Assembly: GCA_040954595.2 (NCBI GenBank)
Contig: CM082577.2
Coordinates: 3,181,703 to 3,245,702 of the forward strand
Length of the DNA stretch: 64,000 nt
From: Balanoglossus misakiensis
Taxonomy: Eukaryota > Animalia > Hemichordata
Direction of reading: 5' to 3'
Shown here: in pieces, positions 1 to 13,542 of the stretch
How the letters are laid out: each line of letters starts with the position of its first letter
Position numbering within the stretch: the stretch's first letter is position 1
Position numbers and translations under genes: made by a program
The notes under the pieces: model-generated
The model's database searches: none
The model's input: the letters and a program-made list of their open reading frames with translations, nothing else
What the model was told of the DNA's origin: nothing

Positions 1-553
1 TATACATCGGCGAGTGTGGGCTCGGTGAGATCGTTTTGTCTCACCATGCGCGCCGATTGTCACTGGTCCGTTTTGACGTAATCGGCTTTAATATTTACGC
101 AACATGCCCTGCAATGGCAACTGGTTGAATTTTACCCCCCCCCCCCCCTTTACCAGACCATTGGTGACAAATTACGTTAACGCTTTCTGCAGCTGCGTGA
201 TTTCGATGATTATGCAGTCGCGGGTTGCAGAGAACAGCAAAATCACTGATCCCATAGACTGGTAATACATGTACATACATAGCCTGGTTATAATAATATG
301 GGAATGCAACACCAGCGTCGGCCGTATTATTTGACAGTTGACAGCGCCCTCACACAAACACACAAAAACCAAGATCTTAACAGACGACGTTAAATTGTCG
401 TCATACAATGACACCACACACATTTAAGCTAGTTGTAAAATTCACCGGCACGACCCTCAATTACTCATTAGCGTCATGTATGATTAGCACTTTACATTAA
501 GGCCTATACCATAGACAATATTATTTTTGTCGAATGAAACAGTGCATACTCAC

Positions 554-3500
554 AGTCTATCGGTGCTTCAGTCGTGAGATCAACCCCAGGCAACGTGGTA
601 TGCGACGGTGCGGCGGTGGAAATATGCAGGGCAGGCGGAGAGCTGCCGGTTGTCGGAGGACCCGTCGTCGGACGCGCCGTCGTGACGGTCTCAAACTGAC
701 ACTGGGCACCTTCGTAACCCGCGGCACATTCGCAGATGAAGTCCGTGGCGTCGCTGTAGCAGGTTCCGCCGTTTTGACATGGACCGGAACTGCACGGCGA
801 TACCTCTGTTTCCAAATGACGAAAAAAGGGAACATTGGTGAGATATTGCATAAAACGATAACCGTCTCCGATAGTGGTGTATTAATAATAGTACATTAAC
901 TTCACAGAAAGAATGTGTTAATTTGCAACACCCTCATCTCTTCGTTAGCATGTCATGGTCTGCCTTTGTTGAAAGTGACACTCAGATGTCGTTGCACATG
1001 ACAATGTCACAGAACATGAACACATACCAACACCACAGAACATAAACACAGTCCAATGTCACAGAACATAACACATACCAACACCACAGAACATGCCAAT
1101 GTCACAGAACATAAACACATGGTAAAGGCACATGAAACATACCAATGTCACAAAGTGTGCCTGTGAATCCAACTATGCAGATACACGTGTAAGAATTGAA
1201 ACCATCCGCACACGTGGCTCCATTCTGACACGAGTGATTTTCGCAGTCATCAACATCTGCATAATGAAAATGGTGATGGAAAAATAAAGATCTTTTAAAA
1301 CCCGGAGAATTGTTCAAAACACTGGGGGCTTCATGTCTCATTCACGGATATGTCGCTCCACCAAACCCTTTGCACTTTTGAATGTTTGAGTAGTAATTAG
1401 TCTGACTTAGAAGATCGTAATTGACATGTTGGCTTAGTACATTGACCAATTTATTACCAATTCCCATATAAGACTCACCTGTTTCACAGTAAGTACCGGC
1501 GAAACCCTCAACACAGGTACACGTGTACGAGTTAAGACCGTCGACGCACGTGCCGCCATTTTGGCATGCGTGGTTCACGCAATCGTCAACATCTGTACGT
1601 GGGGGGAAAGTAAACTGTATTAGCTTTTATCACACATCACTGTTACATACCTCCTTGATTATCAAATTAGCAATCAGATTATTTTTTGCTTTGCTCTCCG
1701 TCGGCGAAATCCCAGCATTTTTTAGTACCACATTGATATGAAGTAAAAATACTGTATTGGTGTTAATAGCGTTAGTGAATGAATGAAGTTGCTGCCAAGA
1801 ACGAATACCACTCGACCTCGAATGCTCAAGGTACAATACAGTCATCTTTCACCTTGTAACCGAATCTATTATACCATAACCTGACATAACATAACATAAC
1901 ATAACATAACATAACATAACATAACATAACATAACATAACATAACATAACATAACATAACTTAACATAACATAACATAACATACAGCGAGTCAACTGACA
2001 ATAAAAATGGGGAACATGCAGGTAGCCAAATAACCCGGATGACGAACATGCAGATTAGTATAGCCGGGATAAAAAGGTTTGACCGCAACGCAACTATAGG
2101 TCTGCGGCTATACTAGTATATAGAGTGTGGCGGTTTTTATGAAATATAACTGTCCTTAGATTTGGATTGTTCAGTCGTTAGTCATCACCATGCCAAGATA
2201 TGTCGCTTACTGATTTCGCAAAATCTGCCTTCGGTGTTGGGGAAACATATACAGGAGACCACGCCGTCAGGTGACATGAAGCAGGTTCCACCATTGTGAC
2301 AGGGGGCGTCTGCGCATGTCACGCCTTAAAGACGGTGTAATAGAAATGAAGAAATGAAGAACTAATAGTTCACACGCATGCACATGAGGGCTAGGATTTG
2401 GCTGCACTTGTCATCTTTGAGTTCGAACTCAAGAAACATCCGTGTGCGTGTACAAACACACAATTGCAATGCCTCGATCAAGAACACAGTGACCCGGCGT
2501 CTTTTCGTTTGCACACGCCTTCAGTGCTGTCCAGACAGCGTACAGCCTGAAGCGACGAAAAACGAGCAAACAAGCAGATAAACACGAAAAGGGGGTTTGC
2601 GAGAAAAGGCCCTTTCTGTGAGAAGACCTAGATATGAAGAGGTTAAACAAATATTTCTATACTTACTTAATTCGCAGTTGGTTCCCGTAAATGCGGGTGA
2701 GCACCGACATGAATATACATCGCCCTGAGAGGTGCACTCGCCGCCATTTTGACACGGTTGGCTGATACAGGCATCTGCCGCATCTGGGGAAGAATACAAG
2801 GAATTGTCGTAAAATTACATAGTTATTTCGCAACAGTGAGAGCCAGACCGGTTTTACGACACATCTACTCATTATCCTACAGTAAAACGTTCTTCCCGGA
2901 AACGGCAAAATTTCCCATTATTGCCACGGAATTTTGTTGGCTTTGGGATACGAAATAAATCGACCATGTACAACTTAAACGGTTTTGTTTCAATTTATGT
3001 GATTTTATCTCTCAGGCAATTGCCAACAGACCAGCTATAGAACTAAACCAGGTATAATCGAATCGCAAAATTCCTTGACTCATCCAAAATTCTTCTAGGG
3101 TGACAGTTCTCTAAAACCTGTCTTTATGTTCAATGATCATTAGTCTAGTTTTGCTCAAAACCATGTGTCTCTCGCGTGAGTAATTTCCTTTTTAAAACTC
3201 GATATTACTCAAAATTCCAGTCCATACCCAACCCATTTATGACTGTACATGTACGGTCAGGGGTGGGGCATTGCTTAGCGTGGTTTTCACCGGGGTGACG
3301 TTAACAATTATGCACAGCTCGATCCCGGCAAAGTTGACAAGACTGTTCTAAAAATCATTATGCGCACCGGCTAGGCATATATGTACCGGGTGAACACACA
3401 CACGAGAATGAAAACTAAATAAAACAACAACAGACACTTCAAACCACTTGTCGTTGCAACGAAAAACTCCTTCTGGCCGAGAATCTAGACTAAATAGACG

Positions 3501-6500
3501 CCCAAATCCCACGCCCCGAAGCTAGATAAATACACTAACAATGAAATGCGAACATATTCAAATCTATTCAGTGGTGAAAATCCTTGCTCGCTACAGATGA
3601 AAAGTAGCGTCAATGGCACTGTGCTCCCATTTGACGGGAATTGGAACAATTATACTTACTTTGTGTCGTTGGGAATGCAGGCAATGATGGCAGTGGCGGT
3701 GGATTTGTACCCAACTCCTCGGCTATGACAGATGACCTCACATTCAACCAATAAACATCGTGATTCACAGCAATAGTGGCCCTGCGAAAATCAAGCAAAT
3801 TGGGGGGGGGGGGGGTTTCAGGGCGTTTGTTAACATTTGTTGCCTGCGGTTTTGCGGACATTGTAAGTTATGGGTGACCAAACATACATATATAATGCGG
3901 GGTCAGGTGAACATCTATCGCACAAGCTTTGACAGTTTGGCCTGACAGCAACAGCATATTCTGCACTCTGACACCCAGACGCAAGTCATCCATGCAAGAA
4001 AGTTGGTGAAACATTACATTTTTTTGCAAACTCTCTTTTCAAGAATAAAGCGATCTGTGGTGGAACGGTAACACAAATATCTAGCTGACTTATCGGACTG
4101 TCGCGTGTTTTGTTTGATATGTAAAATGGCAAAGAAAACCCCCCATTTCAGTCTTGGAGGAAACAATTCGCCGCGGGGTCAGGTCATTTAAATTAAGAGT
4201 TGTAAGCCATCATCCTAAAGAAATATTCGTTTTGTTGCGGCGCAGTAGCTTCAGGTGGTGTAATGGTATACCGGGCTTTGCCATGCTCCACTGGAGCCAG
4301 AATAGCGCTATGTTTGGCTTAACTTGATGCACACAAAACCAAAAACGCACAGAACCATGTCATTGTACAAAGCACACAAACAGGTCTCACTGGTTCGTTT
4401 GCAGTTCGACAGGGCAATAATGGACATGCGCGGATTTGACAATTTACACTTCTGTGCTGGTACAACAACCACTTTCTTCAATGCATGTGGAAACGGAATA
4501 CCCTCCAACCTTTTGTACACAACCGAACAGCGTGGTCGAATCTGCTCCCTGTGTCACGTGTTGTCAATTGACTCTCTTTGGAGCGGACAATATGGCTGAT
4601 GATTGCGTGTTTAGTGCTTGTCCAGCGATTCAATTTGTCTGAAAACACTGCGTGTTGCATATATACACAGTGATTGAGTGAGCGAATAATGGCAAACTCA
4701 GGCTAGAATCTATATATCGCATCGGGTTTCTCGCTCGGAGCGAAATCCCCGAGACGACACCGAGATTCTATAAATTTACTATCAATCCAACAATAGTACA
4801 ACTGTCACGATAATATGAAGAAAACCATAAAAACACGAATTTCAAAATTAAAATTCCCAGAGTCAGTGTCATAAATCCAATAACAGTGTCAAGGTTGATT
4901 AGCATAACCATTGTCGAGCTGCATTTCTGAAGCATATAAATTCAGAAAGTGTGCCAAAGTATGGCAATTTTTCACGTTCCACACATGGATCATTGCAAAC
5001 GGTGCAGGACAAAAATGTACATTTGCTTTATGCCACGTCTATCGACTTTGACCGGTGTGACAAGGGGAGATGGACCTTGAAGGTGAGAATTCGACTTTGA
5101 ACTTGTTTATTTACATACATGTTGGTCTTGAAACTCGCACAGTGTATGTACTTCTGATATGTAATATTTATCACGGTATAGAGGATAATAAAATTGAACG
5201 TCGAATCCTCAATGTACATATACTTACACGAAAACCACATCACCGACCCAACTGTCCGGGGCGATCCACGTGAACACCGGATAACGCTTCGCAATGTTCC
5301 CCGTGGAATGCGTCATGGAATCGTCCGGATTGCCGCAGGCGATTGCTTTCGTTGCCACGGGGAAGTCCGTCCACGTACCGACGGGGGTGTCTTGGCCAAC
5401 CTGGCGGGCTTGCAGCAGGATCCCTCCGAAGGCCTGTCCAATTATTTCCACTGTGCATGGGAAGAAAATCAAGGGTTGTAGATTTAGCAGCGAGTTCGAT
5501 AGAGCGTGAACTGACAAACGATACATGAGGGACGGGCCCCTAAGTTTCTGTCTGCAATGCTATAGTGTAGTCGGCACTGTCATGCCACACACAGGTGTTA
5601 TTGTTGATCATGATGTATGCGTATTTTTTTCAGCGGTCGATGGAGGACTTTGGATTTTGCGCACACAAGAGAAAAGATGACAAACTGCGGTTCCAAATAA
5701 AAATACGTCTAACAGATGTGCATATAAGGCTGCATTCACAAACACCTCTGGAGGGGGGGGGGGCAGGAGAATTGAGGGGGGGATTTGAAAAAATTGAGGG
5801 TGTGTAAGGGGGGGGATTTGAAATAATTTAGGGACTGAAAGGGGGGGACTTGAAAACTTTAACGACTAAATATTTATTTTGAGTCCACAAAAATGCAGTT
5901 TCGCGCCCTTTATTTTACAAAATTTTCTAATGTGGGAGGGGGACACCCCCTCCCACACCCACCCCCTCCATTCATCAACACCTTTCAATCATTGACTGGT
6001 TTATCTAGTGTCCCAGGTCAGGGGACTTGCCCCACCCCATGACAACTTTGAGCGGCGACGGTTAAATTTGTCCTCCCCAACATACCGGTAGTTGAGTTAA
6101 TTTGCTTTTGCCGGGTTCATTAAAATGCAGCTTTGAGCTCTGTATTTTAGAAAATTTTCTTACGTGGGAGGGGGACACCCCCTCCCAAACCCACCCCCTT
6201 CAATTCTCGGTTTACAATGTCTCCCAACACAGAATACAAATATATGTACTTAAAAAATAAAAACAATGTTCAGTTTTAATACCCACTGATGAGGGAAACA
6301 TCAGTTTCAAATTCTTTTCATGGGAGCGCTGTTTTTCTTTTTACAAGATAGATAGGTGATGTGTTTTGCTCTGTGAAAGAAAATGGGGGGGGGGATTTCA
6401 AAATTTTGGCAGTTCGGAAGGGGGGATTTGAAAATATTGGCAGTTCGGAAGGGGGGCATGTGAAAATTAACGGTAAAAAAAATTGAATTCTCCCGCCCCC

Positions 6501-9500
6501 CCCCTCCAGAGGTGTTTGTGAATGCAGCCTAACTGAGGTTAATAGCGTCAGTCGTGTTGTTTTGTGGTGCGGCGAACCACTTTTGAATCGCCACGTCAAA
6601 GAAAAAATATGTCTTCCGTCCGGTGAAGTATTGATATCAGTATTTTACTAGAAAGTAAAGGGAAGTTAGCGGATACAGGTAAAAGTCACTGCTTTTGGTT
6701 TGTCTTAGTTTCTTTAGATCGCGGAGTCGGAAGCTACTACGTATACCACCATGTTTGGATAGATGTACTTCCCCTCCACTTCATATAAGAGTGGGGGAAT
6801 TGTAAGGAGCCTCTTCAGAGATTGGGGGGTAGACACACCACACTGCAGTGAATGTGCCACGATTGTCAACGCCTGATCAATGTACTGTCTCTCTGTATGT
6901 TTTCCTCGGGAATGGGAGCACGGTATAGCAAGGGGATATTTGTCAACTTTGGCGTTCGCTTCTTGTCGGCGGTGGCTCCATAAGAACGAGTTCAGGGTCT
7001 TCAACAATGAGACGATATTAAAGTTAACGACCTATCCTGCAAAAGCCGACTTGAATCACCGACTATACTATAGCCAGTATTGCCATTGTAAAACATACAC
7101 GTTTGTGTGCCTTGCGTATGTCGCTTTACACATGACACACAAAAACCCTCGCAAAGAATGCCACATTCCAACCAACCAAACCTGAATATGTGACGAGCAG
7201 CAAAGGACAATATGTGAATGACTTTTCGCGCATTGTGGACTTTTAGAGCAAATAATGGTTTTGTGTATGACCCCCCACCCCCACCCCACGCATGTTGCGG
7301 TCTTCACGCGACTCGGATTTCGACAATCGTACAAAATCGTCCCCTTTTCGGGTGAACTCGCGCGAACAGTCAACGAATTGCCACAGGCAGTCCTGCGACG
7401 ATTAAAGCGCACGAAATGGCAAATATGCAACAATTCACGAGTTTCAACCATTCCGTATCACTATTCAGTTTTATTTACTGGCAAAGACCACAACACATAC
7501 GACCATGGTCAATTTTGTCGGTACTGCACCCAGCTGGTCAGCTGTGAAAGTTTTCCTTCCAACATGTCAAAACCACAAATTACCGAAATGCCTCAAATAT
7601 ATCATCCAGACTTCAGTTTTCCCCAATTCAACCACGTATAAAGCGTACAAAGGCGCCATCTGCCATAAACTTAACTGTTTTTGTGAGTGTGGACCAATTC
7701 ATATTGTTCAGCGACATCATAATATTATACGGCGCAGCTTTACTACAACGAGTTTCCGCAGGCGAAAGTCGGTCACTGAAGTCGCAAGAATCTGTGAAAT
7801 TCTGTGTGTGGTATTCTTGTATCGGAATGCACGGCTACAAATATCAGGAGGGGGAAATCTCGACAATTTTATTACAAATACCTACATTCTTCATCAGATC
7901 CTATGTCTCTTTGCTTTGCTTTACTATAAACTTAATAGACACAACCCCACCCATTCCGAAGCCTACGAACTTTGTATGAAATTGGCACACAATGGAACGA
8001 AAGTATTTAGAATAAGTCATTGCGAATGTCACTACCCACTGAGAGTAAAATAAAAAAAAATCGCACAAAAATTCAAATAGGATACCGCTCTCATCGAGTA
8101 CTCGATAATCCACTCCAAATGGAAGTGTCCCCCAATCTGACCCCGCGAACCATGAATCTGCTTCGTACACACACCGACCTCAGAAATGACCCTATCATCA
8201 ATTGTGTCTGCAACGCCACCCTTTGTTGGTTTAAGTACCTAATAATGCTGTAAATTTTAGAGTCTGCGATAATCTCGCGGTCACCGGAATATGAAGGGGC
8301 TGAACGGGATCTTGCGAGAGGTGGTACACGTTGAAGCCACCTCACCACAAAACATGGGATCTCTCATGTCCCGTTTCTCGCCTGCTTGGTTTGCCATCAA
8401 TCGCTTTTGTCCGTTTATTGAAATCGACACCCTTGAACCATGTTCACGCTCCACAGGCAGAACCTGTCGACGTTTGTACATTGCAAGGCCGGTGAAATGA
8501 ATGCACTGATTGTCATACGAACATTAGCCAAAGAAGAAACACCACCGCACACATGAGCGAATTCTTTGGGATTCTGACTGGCCTCTCTGGGGAGTTCAGT
8601 GGTTTATGGTTGTTGGTAGTTTTTGTTTTGTTTTGAACTACAACAAAAGAAGGGCAAAAAATGAACGACAACTTTCGGTCAATTTCCACCGAAGCATGGC
8701 ACAATAACAGAATAGAGACCTGACTGCCCCAAAAATAAACGTCTTAATAGTTCGAGTTAGGGCAGCCCACACTGACAGCAAACTGAAATGTTGAAAGGGA
8801 ACGGCAGTTTGTAAAGAAAGGTACACACAAATTGATGACAACAGCCCACTAGCCTAATTGAAAGTCAACACGCCTCAGTCAACTTCAAGTTTCAGCAATA
8901 CGCGTCGTTGTAGAATATAGTTTTCACATCGTGAGACAGGCGGGCCACAGATAGACGACCAGGCACTCAGCAACGAACTAGTATTTGAATTCCATCACAT
9001 ATTTGTCTTAGAAAATGGTAGAATGGCAGATTGTTTTTATTTGAATCGCATAGGTTCTCTAACAAGCCGGTATTTGAATATAACTGTTTGTACACGTCTG
9101 AGTTGATGGAGCGGTGTGGTCAAACACCGACACTTGGTCACACTTTAAACAATTATATAACTACTCGACATTCAGACTTCACCATTAGCCGACAATTGTC
9201 AGCGTCTCCTCCGCCAAAGTCTTTGGAGAACGGAGAAATATTGCGACGGATAACAAAAGAATCAAAACATTCAACACCCTCAGATTGTAAAACTAAATGT
9301 TTGACTTCCATTCGGGCGAGCAACCAACTACGTCGGTCTTCCAGCTCTGTGCCTTGAAAAAAACCCATTCTCTTCCATCTTGAATCAAACGTAAGAAATC
9401 TATTTAACGCTATATTGTATGATTTTTCCCATATCAATAAATGGATAAAATGAACGGTTTGAATATTAGTTTTCAGTCGTTTTCAGAGCATGTAACCTGC

Positions 9501-10406
9501 AAAACAGCGGCGAAGGGAGGGACTGAACAACCCACGTTACACTTTTAACCCCTTTCACCCCATTTCCCTGTGTAGAGGTCGAACATTGCCATAGAATAAA
9601 AAATTGATGTGGACCGAAGAATGGTGGTGAAAGGGTTTAGGCGTTTTCCACGTACATGTGATAGAGGGACTGTGATCCAAATTACAATGCGTTCACTCAG
9701 TGATTCACCACTGATCGCGGTCAGGATCGCAATCAAACGTACAATCCCCTTACCTGTGCATTGCTATGTGGGAAGGTTGGGAACGGGGATGGAGGGCCGG
9801 GTAATGGGATGTTATACTCGATGGGAGAAAATATTTGTAAATAAATAGGGTCAAGTGATTAGTAGATATTTGTAAATAAATAGGAGCAAGTCATTCTTTC
9901 GTTTGGTTTGAATACAAAAGAGTTGTCAGGTCAATTGATGCACTCGAATGAATGGCTATAACATTGTGTAGTATACAGAGGTTTCTTCGGTTACGAAATC
10001 TTTTCAGCAATTTTCACGGACAATCATGTATTGGCCGATTTGAGCCCAAACAGATTGACAGTGGGTCTGGTCAAGTGAGAGTAATGTTTAACGGGAATTT
10101 TTCAACAATTATTATATTTAAAAAAACGAGGACTCCCAAAAATTTAAATGCCAGCCAAACATTTGTCCTCGAGTCAAGTTCAAACCCAAATCGTTACTTA
10201 CGGGTGACGGTCTGACCAGGTGTGTACAGCGACGTGGATGGCAACATCTCGAACGAGGGCACCGATTCCTGCGGGGAGATGTTGATGTGGCCCGGTGTCA
10301 TGTGCACGCATGCCGAGAGCGGCGCCCCGGTGTTGTAAGACAGAGCGGCGTCCAGTAAGATAACGAGACAAAACAGCGAAAGTGGTCGCAGAACGCCGGT
10401 CGCCAT
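554..10406 (-). CDS. Secreted Reeler-domain + EGF-repeat protein (3' end beyond the left edge of the window)
   Basis: Exons 10202-10406 (signal peptide [23 protein letters not shown], then [17 protein letters not shown]), 5228-5450 (FGGILLQAR...VGTW...MTHS...FTWIAP) and 3660-3781 ([16 protein letters not shown] + Pro linker) form a Reeler domain. EGF exons follow at 2667-2783, 2211-2324 ([14 protein letters not shown]...[13 protein letters not shown], absent from the ORF track), 1479-1592, 1143-1256 and 554-805 (EGF + Thr/Pro-rich stretch). All have GT/AG ends and the EGF exons are phase 1-1. A donor at 553 shows the gene continues. Confidence 0.88.
1001..1152. repeat. Intronic minisatellite containing copies of the EGF exon end/donor region
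   Basis: Imperfect tandem units such as ccaatgtcacagaacataaacacata; ccaatgtcaca matches the exon 3' end at 1142-1152. Confidence 0.75.
1885..1982. repeat. (ATAAC)n microsatellite
   Basis: About 19 near-perfect ATAAC units. Confidence 0.97.
5728..6529. mobile_element. PIF/Harbinger-type (Tourist-like) MITE in the Reeler-gene intron
   Basis: TIRs GGCTGCATTCACAAACACCTCTGGAGGGGGGG...GGAGAATT at both ends, TAA on both flanks (5725-5727, 6530-6532), an internal ~80-bp direct repeat at ~5890 and ~6122, and no transposase ORF. Confidence 0.85.
9545..9640. mobile_element. Short piggyBac-like MITE (TTAA-CCCTTTCACC...GGTGAAAGGG)
   Basis: Terminal inverted CCCTTTCACC/GGTGAAAGGG next to TTAA-like sites; related copy at ~32387-32478 and a partial end at ~35385. 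Confidence 0.6.
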
Positions 10407-12459
10407 TTTAACCGACGGTGGTACCGCTGTGTACATGTATGTAGTGGACTGTCAGCTCGGGCTGAACGCAGCGCAGACGCAGCTAGGGAAAGGTTTCGAC
10501 CTTGTGTACACAGGGGATTTATTGTGATGGAACGCCTTCTCTTTAATAGCCCTTCTTTATCACACGCTCATTCAAATATAAGTCTGCATATGAATGGGGG
10601 AACAGGTATAGCGTCGTATTCGTCACGACTGGCAGCAGAGGAGGGGTGCGTGTTGTGATCTCAAAAGGGATTTGTACAGGCGAGTCCCGCCCGCTTGGAC
10701 TGACCGTCCGAAGCTCATGACCTCAGCATCCTTCGGTGGTCTACAATTCACCGATAAAAACCCTCGCTGGGTTTCCATACTTGCACACCACCGGTAAATT
10801 AATTATACACGTTGGGAGCGTGGCGTGGTCTTTGCCAGTCGGCAAGGAAACTTTCCCTTTACACAGGCGAGAAAGCATTCAAAAAGGGCGACACCATTCG
10901 GATTAATAACGCCAATTGAGTCTGACAGTGCGAACGCCACAGATTCCGTCACCTGCATGACAAAACTGAGTTCAATACAATTGCAAAGCGATATAATCGA
11001 AAGCGCAGGGTCCTTTTATGTCTCCGGGTTAGTATCTGTACTTATTATTGCGCTGTGATCTGTTAACAGAAATCGGGGCAAACCTTTGTTGTGGAGCTCT
11101 CTCACATAAAAGATTACATGCAACAGGATAAAATGTTCTGTGGCCTTAACCCGCTTCCATCCAGTGTCAAGTGTCTGGTCTTTGTGAAATTTTTGGGTTG
11201 TTAATAGTGAAAGTTATTGTCTGGTGCCATTTTTGTGAGATGAAACTGGCCACTCGGGTTAGGCCGGTACATCCAAGTGTTGTGCGAAGGTGGCAGGCTT
11301 CGCTGATTGCATTTTCAGAGTCTGGCGTAGCCAGGTTTTCTTTCTTTTAATTTCAGATAAGGAAACCCACGAATATATATATGATTTTGGTGGACTGTAG
11401 GGAACACCTGTTTTCCCCAATTTCATTAACATTTTCGTCCCGATCGTCCTAATGTTCCATAAATCACCACCAGAGCTATCCGATACTGATGGAGCGAATG
11501 TCAAAAGCAGATGAAAAAATCCCGGCAACTTCTGTGTGTCATGATGAATTTGCAAAGGGCAGGAATTACCTCCTTCTTTACACACTGGAATTCTTTATTT
11601 TGGGGATGGGGCGGGGTACGGCACATGAGGGATGTGTCTGTTTGTACCGGTTGTCAGTAACACTATGACTTTTCTGAATAGAACAAAAGGGTAAAAGGAA
11701 TTTTTGTGTGAAAAAGTGCAAGTGCCCTAAAGAGAAAAAATGACCGCTCCACTAAACACCCTAAAGCGACGGTTAGAATTCGTAATAAACTGACGAAAAT
11801 GCAACTCCTTTACGTATTTATTGTATTTTGTTGGTTGTGAACATATATTCTACTGTGATCGTTTCTTGGCTGCTGGTCGGCATTTTCGTGGTATCTGTTC
11901 TGAGGTATCATGTCGTATGCTTCTACCAGTTATACATGACATGTACTCCCGAATTCGTTGTATGATAGTACATGTACACAGATGTATTTAGGTCAAGGTG
12001 TTTTGCAAAATCGTAAAACCCGAAAATAAGCAAACGTTTCGGTAACCACAGCAAATCATTAAAACGCGACTTTGAAGTAATAAAACCGGTATTTTGTGGG
12101 CTTTGTGTCTGGGTGAATTTAAATGTTAAAGAGGCTATTATTCCAACGTTTATTATAAAACCCAATTGATACGACAATATCACTTGGCATCATTGGGCAT
12201 TATTGTATACGACGGTGCACTGACACTGACAATTCCCTTGTGTAAACGCCGAATGCCACGAAAACTATAGCTGACCAAGTAAATGTAAAATAATTTGAGT
12301 CTATTGAGGGCGCTTTCACCATCCCCGCACTCACTTCTTGAAAGATGCATTGCAGGGTGGTATTATTTCTGTCAACTGATTTCAAGTCCGGAGCAAATTC
12401 ATGAAAGTATTTGGCCAGTCTTATCAAATTTTGGGAGTGGTTTGCGTTCAGGCAATAGA

Positions 12460-12700
12460 ATCAGTGAAGTCGCAACCACCATTCAGAATTCCTCTGGACA
12501 CTGCCGTCAATGCACCTAATTAAAAGCATTTGAACCCAGCACTTTATACATCGCCGGAAGAATCTCGCACTGCACTGTTTGACAGAAGTGAACAAACAGA
12601 GAACTGCCAACTTGTACACGTTTGGGAAAAGGTGTGAAAAGCGTGTTTTTGAGACAGGCATTTTGGAAATAAACATTGAATACAACGAGTTCACTGGGAA
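12460..12700 (-). pseudogene. Possible decayed hAT transposase fragment (C-terminal dimerisation region)
   Basis: The minus strand reads LFPNVYKLAVLCL followed by a frameshifted NSA..CE.FF-like segment, resembling the hAT FPxLxxLA...SAxxERxFS motif; no intact ORF. Confidence 0.3.
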
Positions 12701-13337
12701 CCGTGTATTTGGGTTTGGGATTGCAATGTCAACACTTTCCTTTCTTTCTCTCTCTAATGCTGAAAGATGGAGCCATTGCTGGGGACATTCTGAACATTGT
12801 TGAGGCAAATAGGTCGGAAGGTGTGGTCGCTGCCACCCAAAAAACCGAGAGAAAACTTCTGCGATAGGTCACTGCCAATTTCAACACACATCACAAGATA
12901 CAACTGTTGCACGAGATGTTAACTCATATTAGGCAGTTTGGAGTGTCTTTTTCGGTCTGACATATGGCTGTATATCATATTATTTGTCAGGCACTTGCAT
13001 GAAGTGCAACCTTGTATGTTGAAACTACAAAATATATCCTGGCTGTTGTAAATAATGTGAAAAATAGAACCCGTTTATGTAAAAGTTATCTTTCTAGTAA
13101 GTTAATTTACGAATCTTAAACTGTAATTATTCCCTGTTCTTCCCATTATTCATCTACCAATTTGACCATTGATTCCATGTTTGTAAATTTTGTCACTCAT
13201 AAAATCACAAACTCCTTCGAGTTCTGATGTCATGATTTTTGTCAGATCACTACTCAAAACTACAGTCTTCTAAACTTTACAACAGAAAAAAAGGCATATG
13301 TTATCTCAGAAGGATAGTTGGAATCAAGTAAAAAGTA

Positions 13338-13499
13338 CAGTCGAACATGTCTATAGTGGCCAGTCAAGAGACGTTCCTAAACGGGCCTTTATAGACAGGT
13401 GGCCTTCACAAACAGGTCAATTAATGTACATGTAAATTGTGCAGGGACTGTAACAAAATGGCAACTATATAGAGGTGGTCACTAACACATGTTTGACTG
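13338..13499. mobile_element. Tc1/mariner-type MITE
   Basis: TA|CAGTCGAACATGT...ACATGTTTGACTG|TA; the internal ggcctttatagacaggtggc...gtaacaaa.tggc.actatatagaggt is shared with a copy at ~37820-37993. Confidence 0.75.
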
Positions 13500-13542
13500 T
13501 AAAGAAAGGGCGTTGCTGAGTTTTGCGCCCGCTGCCCATTGT

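Noticed and set aside
1001-1152. CRISPR-like repeat/spacer appearance
   Set aside because: The units are degenerate tandem repeats without unique spacers, lie in a eukaryotic intron, and no cas genes are present.
1849-2088. ORF with repeated VMLCY
   Set aside because: It is a translation of the (ATAAC)n microsatellite.
6700-9400. Many 60-180-aa ORFs in the large Reeler-gene intron
   Set aside because: No domain motifs or consistent exon structure; probably decayed repeat sequence.
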